Below are positions 59,704-64,000 of a stretch of 64,000 nt of DNA, piece after piece. Where the stretch lies: positions 15,010-79,009 of the forward strand of contig JAFSQF010000067.1 in assembly GCA_017446745.1 (NCBI GenBank), in the 5' to 3' direction. Positions within the stretch are counted from its first letter, which is position 1. Every line of letters starts with the position of its first letter. Made by a program: the position numbers and the translations under genes. The notes beneath the pieces were generated by a model, which worked only from the letters and a program-made list of their open reading frames with translations, made no database searches and was not told the origin of the DNA. This DNA is from Bacteroidales bacterium. Its GTDB lineage: Bacteria > Bacteroidota > Bacteroidia > Bacteroidales > P3.

Positions 59704-61188
59704 ATGACAATCAGAAAGATAATAGTTTTTTTTGCCCTTGCAGGAATGATAAGCCTGGCAGAGGGGCAGGAGGACAAAAGCACCTACGTGGCGCATGAGA
59801 GAGCCTATCATGCCGACGACACTGCCGTGGTCAACGGTCGGCGCGGTGTGGGTTGGGTGCGTTCGCACCTTTTCGACGACTGGTTTGTGGAGGTGCAGGG
59901 CGGCGGCCAGCTCTATTATGGCACCGACGACCGTCTGGGCCGTTTTGGCGACCGCCTGACGGGCAACGGGGAGGTTCACTTCGGACGTCGCATCTTCCCC
60001 ATGTTCGGCTTCCGCATCGGCCTTGGCGGCGGCTATGCCCATGGCTTCATCACCAAAGAGCACCATGCCGGGCTGCTTGAACATGGCGGCAACGGACAAT
60101 GCGGCACCGATGCGCTGGGCAATTCGCTGGGCGGATACTACTGGGCCTATGACGGCGATGACAACCTATACATACAGAAATGGAAATACATCTATTTCGG
60201 AGCCGACATTTTCTTGGATCTCGCACTGTTTCGCGGTGCCTCCAACTATAATCCCTACAAAAAATATAATCACTTCATTTATGGAGGTGCTCACACCAAG
60301 TGGGGCCTTTCGGAGACCGACGCCACCAACCACCGCAGCGAAGCCCATCTGGGGTATATCCTGAAACGCAACATCACCCCCAATCTGGGTCTTTTGGTTG
60401 ATGTGCGAGGTTCGTGGATGGAGCGCCGTTTTGACCGCGAATGGGTACCGTCGGTAGAGAGAGCCCAATGGGGAGTGGATTTCGTGCTCAACGCACAGGT
60501 AGGCGTGATTTATAAATTCCACATGCGCGACGAAGAGGAACGCAACAAATTCGCCTACGTAGACCATAAGCGAGTAGAGACTCGCAAGACGTTGACCTAT
60601 TACACCTTCATCAATCGCGAGGAGCGTGTGGAGGAGACGCTGATCGACAGCCTGTTGCACTACGAGATGGAGCTGGTGCCCACGCCCGAGACGCAGCAGG
60701 CCATCGACTCGCTGAATCATGTGCTCGACAGTTTGCTCAACGCCCGCAAGCATCGTGCCGACGGGCAGCCGCTCGACAGCATCCTCCTCAACGACCTGCT
60801 GCCCTACGAGATGGTCTTCTTCGAGCTCGACAAATGGGACATCCTGGCCAGCGAAGAAATGAAGATCGACAAGATGGCGCGCATCATGAAGGCCTACCCC
60901 AACGAGACCTTCATCCTTACCGGCTCGGCCGACTCGAAGACCGGCACGCCGCACCGCAACGACTTCCTGAGCCACAACCGTGCCGACATAGTCTACAACG
61001 AGTTGACAACGCGCTACGGTATCCCGGCCTCGCAGCTGCGCCGCGAGTATCTTGGCGGTATACTCGACTACCAGCCATTCCAGCTGAACCGCTGCACGGT
61101 GATCATCATGAACCACCCCGCCGTGGTTAAAGCCTTCAACGAGATGAAGCAACAAGGACGTGCCGGCGGCGGCGAAGTGAGGCAATGA
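59704..61188 (+). CDS. OmpA-family outer-membrane protein (beta-barrel plus OmpA_C-like domain), paralog 1
   Basis: Signal peptide, Gly/aromatic-rich N-terminal half, and C-terminal VFFELDKWDI...LTGSADSKTG...NDFLSHNRADIVYNEL matching the OmpA C-terminal pattern. Confidence 0.75.
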   Translation: MTIRKIIVFFALAGMISLAEGQEDKSTYVAHERAYHADDTAVVNGRRGVGWVRSHLFDDWFVEVQGGGQLYYGTDDRLGRFGDRLTGNGEVHFGRRIFPMFGFRIGLGGGYAHGFITKEHHAGLLEHGGNGQCGTDALGNSLGGYYWAYDGDDNLYIQKWKYIYFGADIFLDLALFRGASNYNPYKKYNHFIYGGAHTKWGLSETDATNHRSEAHLGYILKRNITPNLGLLVDVRGSWMERRFDREWVPSVERAQWGVDFVLNAQVGVIYKFHMRDEEERNKFAYVDHKRVETRKTLTYYTFINREERVEETLIDSLLHYEMELVPTPETQQAIDSLNHVLDSLLNARKHRADGQPLDSILLNDLLPYEMVFFELDKWDILASEEMKIDKMARIMKAYPNETFILTGSADSKTGTPHRNDFLSHNRADIVYNELTTRYGIPASQLRREYLGGILDYQPFQLNRCTVIIMNHPAVVKAFNEMKQQGRAGGGEVRQ

Positions 61189-61198
61189 ATATTTTTTA

Positions 61199-61415
61199 AT
61201 GTGCCGCCCCTACGGGGCTCTTGATTGAATAAAAAAAACGATAATGGTTCCGTGGGTTTACACCCACGGCTAATATATGCCGCCCCTACGGGGCTCTGAT
61301 TGAATAAAAAAAAGACGATAATGGTTCCGTGGGTTTACACCCACGGCTAATATGTTTTGTTCTCCGCTTCGCTATCGAAAGCTCCACAGGAGCTTTCTTC
61401 ACACCTACGGGGCTA
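61199..61415 (+). repeat. composite repeat, copy E: two tandem 76-77-bp H0-linker-H1 units plus module 2
   Basis: H1 CCGTGGGT-TTAC-ACCCACGG at 61250-61269 and 61327-61346. The linkers TGATTGAATAAAAAAAA(G)ACGATAATGGTT are near-identical. Confidence 0.9.
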
Positions 61416-61479
61416 AGAAGGGAAAACATTTGATTATGAATGGTCTCAGAATTAATTCTTTAAATATTACAACAAAATC

Positions 61480-62979
61480 GTGAAACGAAAAAGCATCGTA
61501 TTGTTTATCATACTGACAGTTGGAGCCGTTGCGCTTAGGGCGCAGCGAGAAGATGTGCGTTCGTGGACCGACACCAACGTCAGCAATGCCGAGCACAGTG
61601 TGGGATGGCTTAGGTCGCACATCCTCGACAACTGGTTTATAGGCTTGAAGGGCGGCGGCCAGCTCTACTATGGCTACGAAGACCGTATGGGGCCGATGGC
61701 CGACCGTCTGACGTGGAAAATGGACGGCCATCTGGGACATTGGATATTCCCGCAGGTGGGCATACGCGGCAACCTGGGCATAGCCAGTTCGCGAGGCTTC
61801 ATAAGTCTGGACAACTACATGACCTACCGAGACTCGCTGACGCGCGATATGGGCAGCTGCTGGGGTACCACGACGAGCGACACCACGATAGGAGGCTATC
61901 ACATACAGGGCGTCATGGGCGGCTACTACCACCCCTACAGCGACGAGCTGCTGAAGCAGGACTGGCGCTATCTGTATGGCGGTTTCGACCTGATGCTCAA
62001 CCTCACGTTCATGAAGCCGCACCAGAAAATCAACGTCAACCGCCGCTGGCAGAATATAGTGTATGCCGGTTTCAATATCCGCTTTGGCATCAGTGAATAT
62101 CATCCTCAGCGCACAAACAACACCAATGCCGCCAACGAAGGCCATATAGGCTACATTGCCAACTGGAACATCTGGAAAGGGCTGAATCTGAGTGCCGACG
62201 TGCGCCTGTCGATAATTGAGGGCGACTTTGACCGCGAGCGCATAGAGGGCGTGGAGAAGATGCGTCCCGACCTGGAGCTCAGCGTGATGGGCGGGCTGAC
62301 CTACGATTTCAATCTGCGCAGCAACGCCACACGGCGCCGATACTACCAGGAGCGCGGACAGCTGAGCTATAGCGTCGTGGAGGTGCCAAAGTGGGTGAAC
62401 CTTATCCAGATAGAGGAGGTGGAGCATATCAATATTGTCGACACCATACTGGTTTATCAGCGCTACGAAGCCGACAGTCCGGCCATACAGCACTACCTTG
62501 ACTCGCTGCGCGGCGTGCTCGACAGCCTGGTGCATGGCATTCCCGACGACACCCCCCTCGACAGCATACTGCTGAAGCGCATGCTGCCCTACGAGATGGT
62601 CTTCTTCGACCTCGACAAATGGGACATCCGCCCCACCGAGGAGATGAAGATAGCCCGTATGGCACGGGTCATGAAAGCCTATCCCAACGCCATCTTCCAC
62701 CTCTACGGTTCGGCCGATGCCAAGACGGGTACGGTGAAGCGCAACAACTTCCTGAGCCACAACCGGGCCGACATGGTCTACAACCGACTGATATTGGAAT
62801 ACGGCATCAAGGCGTCGCAGCTGCGTCGTGACTATCTTGGCGGCATCATGGACTATGACCCCTTCATCCTAAACCGCACCACCGTGATCATCATGGAGCA
62901 TCCGGCCGTACAGAAAGCCTTTGAAGCCATGAAAGCGCAGCGCCGTGCCGGAGGCGGAGTGACGGAAGTGGAGAATTAA
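61480..62979 (+). CDS. OmpA-family outer-membrane protein, paralog 2
   Basis: GTG start. Collinear with paralog 1. By eye, roughly 45 percent identity in the barrel half and roughly 70 percent in the OmpA_C-like half. Confidence 0.75.
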   Translation: MKRKSIVLFIILTVGAVALRAQREDVRSWTDTNVSNAEHSVGWLRSHILDNWFIGLKGGGQLYYGYEDRMGPMADRLTWKMDGHLGHWIFPQVGIRGNLGIASSRGFISLDNYMTYRDSLTRDMGSCWGTTTSDTTIGGYHIQGVMGGYYHPYSDELLKQDWRYLYGGFDLMLNLTFMKPHQKINVNRRWQNIVYAGFNIRFGISEYHPQRTNNTNAANEGHIGYIANWNIWKGLNLSADVRLSIIEGDFDRERIEGVEKMRPDLELSVMGGLTYDFNLRSNATRRRYYQERGQLSYSVVEVPKWVNLIQIEEVEHINIVDTILVYQRYEADSPAIQHYLDSLRGVLDSLVHGIPDDTPLDSILLKRMLPYEMVFFDLDKWDIRPTEEMKIARMARVMKAYPNAIFHLYGSADAKTGTVKRNNFLSHNRADMVYNRLILEYGIKASQLRRDYLGGIMDYDPFILNRTTVIIMEHPAVQKAFEAMKAQRRAGGGVTEVEN

Positions 62980-62982
62980 GCG

Positions 62983-64000
62983 TTGAGAATCCTTGTAGTA
63001 CATAACGACTATGGCCGCTACAGCGGCGAAGAGGCCGTGGTGGACCGCATGATTGGCGAGCTGCGCCAGGCCGGGCATACCGTCGACACGTTGCGGCGCA
63101 GCTCGGAGGGCTCGCGCGACAGCCTGTGGGGCAACATCCATGGCTTTCTGGCGGGATTGTGGAGCATCTCGGGTCGGCGGCAGATGCGGCGCAAATTGCG
63201 TACCTTCCGTCCCGACCTGGTGCACATACACAACCTCTACCCTTTCATCTCGCCGGCGGTGTTGCCCTTGTGCCGCCGTGCCGGCGTCAGGGTGGAGATG
63301 ACGGTGCACAACTACCGGCTGATATGCCCCACCGGCCTGTTCCTGCGCGACAACCGCCCCTGCGAGAACTGCCTTCGCAACGGCAACGAGCGCGACTGCA
63401 TACGCTACAACTGCGAGCAAAGCCTTCTCCGGTCGCTGGGCTACGCTTTGCGCAACATGATGGCACGCCGCACGCGCGCCTATATAGACAATGTAGACTA
63501 CTACCGTTGCCTTACTCAATTTCAGCGGCGGAAACTGATAGAGGCCGGTTTCGACGGAGAGAAGATCGGGGTGTTCCCCAACCGGGTGGACTATGTGGAG
63601 CCGTCGGCTGAGCCACTGCCCCACTGCGAGCCTGGCTACGTGGGCTATGTGGGCCGGCTCAGTCCCGAGAAGGGCTACGACCTGCTGCTCGAGGTGGCCC
63701 GCCGGCACCCCGAGATGGAGTTCCGTTTTGCCGGTTTCCTGCGCGAGGGCGAAGCCATGCCGCAGCTGCCCAACGTGAGGCTCTGCGGTCAGTTAGGCCC
63801 CTGGCAGCTGGCGCGCTTCTATGCCGATGCACGTTTCATAGTGGTGCCCAGCCGATGCTATGAGGGGTTCCCAATGGTATTGCTCGAGGCGGCGTCGCAC
63901 GGCAAGCCCTGCGTGGCACCAAGCCATGGGGCTTTCCCAGAGCTTATGAGCCTCGACGGTGAGGTCACGGGACGGCTGTTCCGCCCATTGGATGTCGACG
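62983..64000 (+). CDS. GT4 (GT-B fold) glycosyltransferase, 3' end beyond the window
   Basis: Own translation from the TTG at 62983: RILVVHNDYGRYSGEE...VHIHNLYPFISP...GYVGRLSPEKG...VVPSRCYEGFPMVLLEAASHGKPCV. Open to the window end and not in the supplied ORF track. Confidence 0.8.
   Translation, partial: MRILVVHNDYGRYSGEEAVVDRMIGELRQAGHTVDTLRRSSEGSRDSLWGNIHGFLAGLWSISGRRQMRRKLRTFRPDLVHIHNLYPFISPAVLPLCRRAGVRVEMTVHNYRLICPTGLFLRDNRPCENCLRNGNERDCIRYNCEQSLLRSLGYALRNMMARRTRAYIDNVDYYRCLTQFQRRKLIEAGFDGEKIGVFPNRVDYVEPSAEPLPHCEPGYVGYVGRLSPEKGYDLLLEVARRHPEMEFRFAGFLREGEAMPQLPNVRLCGQLGPWQLARFYADARFIVVPSRCYEGFPMVLLEAASHGKPCVAPSHGAFPELMSLDGEVTGRLFRPLDVD

Noticed and set aside
61199-61350. Possible miniature CRISPR array (two repeats of a palindromic unit with about 77-bp period)
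   Set aside because: The spacers between the hairpins are themselves near-identical. There are only two units, no cas genes are nearby, and the same element occurs singly at four other loci.
61405-62760. 451-aa minus-strand ORF opposite OmpA-like paralog 2
   Set aside because: Shadow frame. The plus-strand product is collinear with paralog 1 and has the OmpA_C-like motif.
62869-63708. 279-aa minus-strand ORF
   Set aside because: The plus strand encodes an open GT4 glycosyltransferase (EX7E-type C-terminal context) that is missing from the ORF track only because it has no stop within the window.

Overview
Chromosomal, mostly housekeeping window from a Bacteroidota genome. It looks Bacteroidales-like on three grounds: TAnnTTTG -7 promoter boxes, a T9SS C-terminal sorting domain, and lipoprotein-rich gene content. 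I support about 46 CDS and one tRNA-Arg(ACG). Recognisable genes include alaS, a clpC-type AAA+ chaperone, gyrA, argS, tgt, rho (with a roughly 290-aa disordered insertion), gcvH, dnaA, gyrB, pepE, nfo, tsaB, adk and obg. There is also a polysaccharide export locus (TagA-like, Wza-like, Wzc-like, two OmpA-like paralogs, GT4). No classical defence island, CRISPR array or prophage is visible. The unusual content is non-coding or mobile. (1) A RAYT-like HUH/Y1 transposase gene sits inside its own GTTGCAAC hairpin repeats: one upstream, a 35-bp-period triplet downstream that supplies its stop codon, and a compensated copy inside the CDS. Two strongly A-rich low-complexity tracts bracket the gene. 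(2) A modular multi-hairpin intergenic repeat family occurs at five loci, with compensatory stem substitutions. (3) A 249-bp MITE-like element has 13-bp perfect terminal inverted repeats and an 8-bp direct duplication. (4) Two GTAG-plus-hairpin REP-like repeats lie next to the tRNA. (5) A strictly in-phase 17-unit 8-bp tandem array lies upstream of an aminotransferase gene. All functional calls come from motif recognition by eye; no database search was run.
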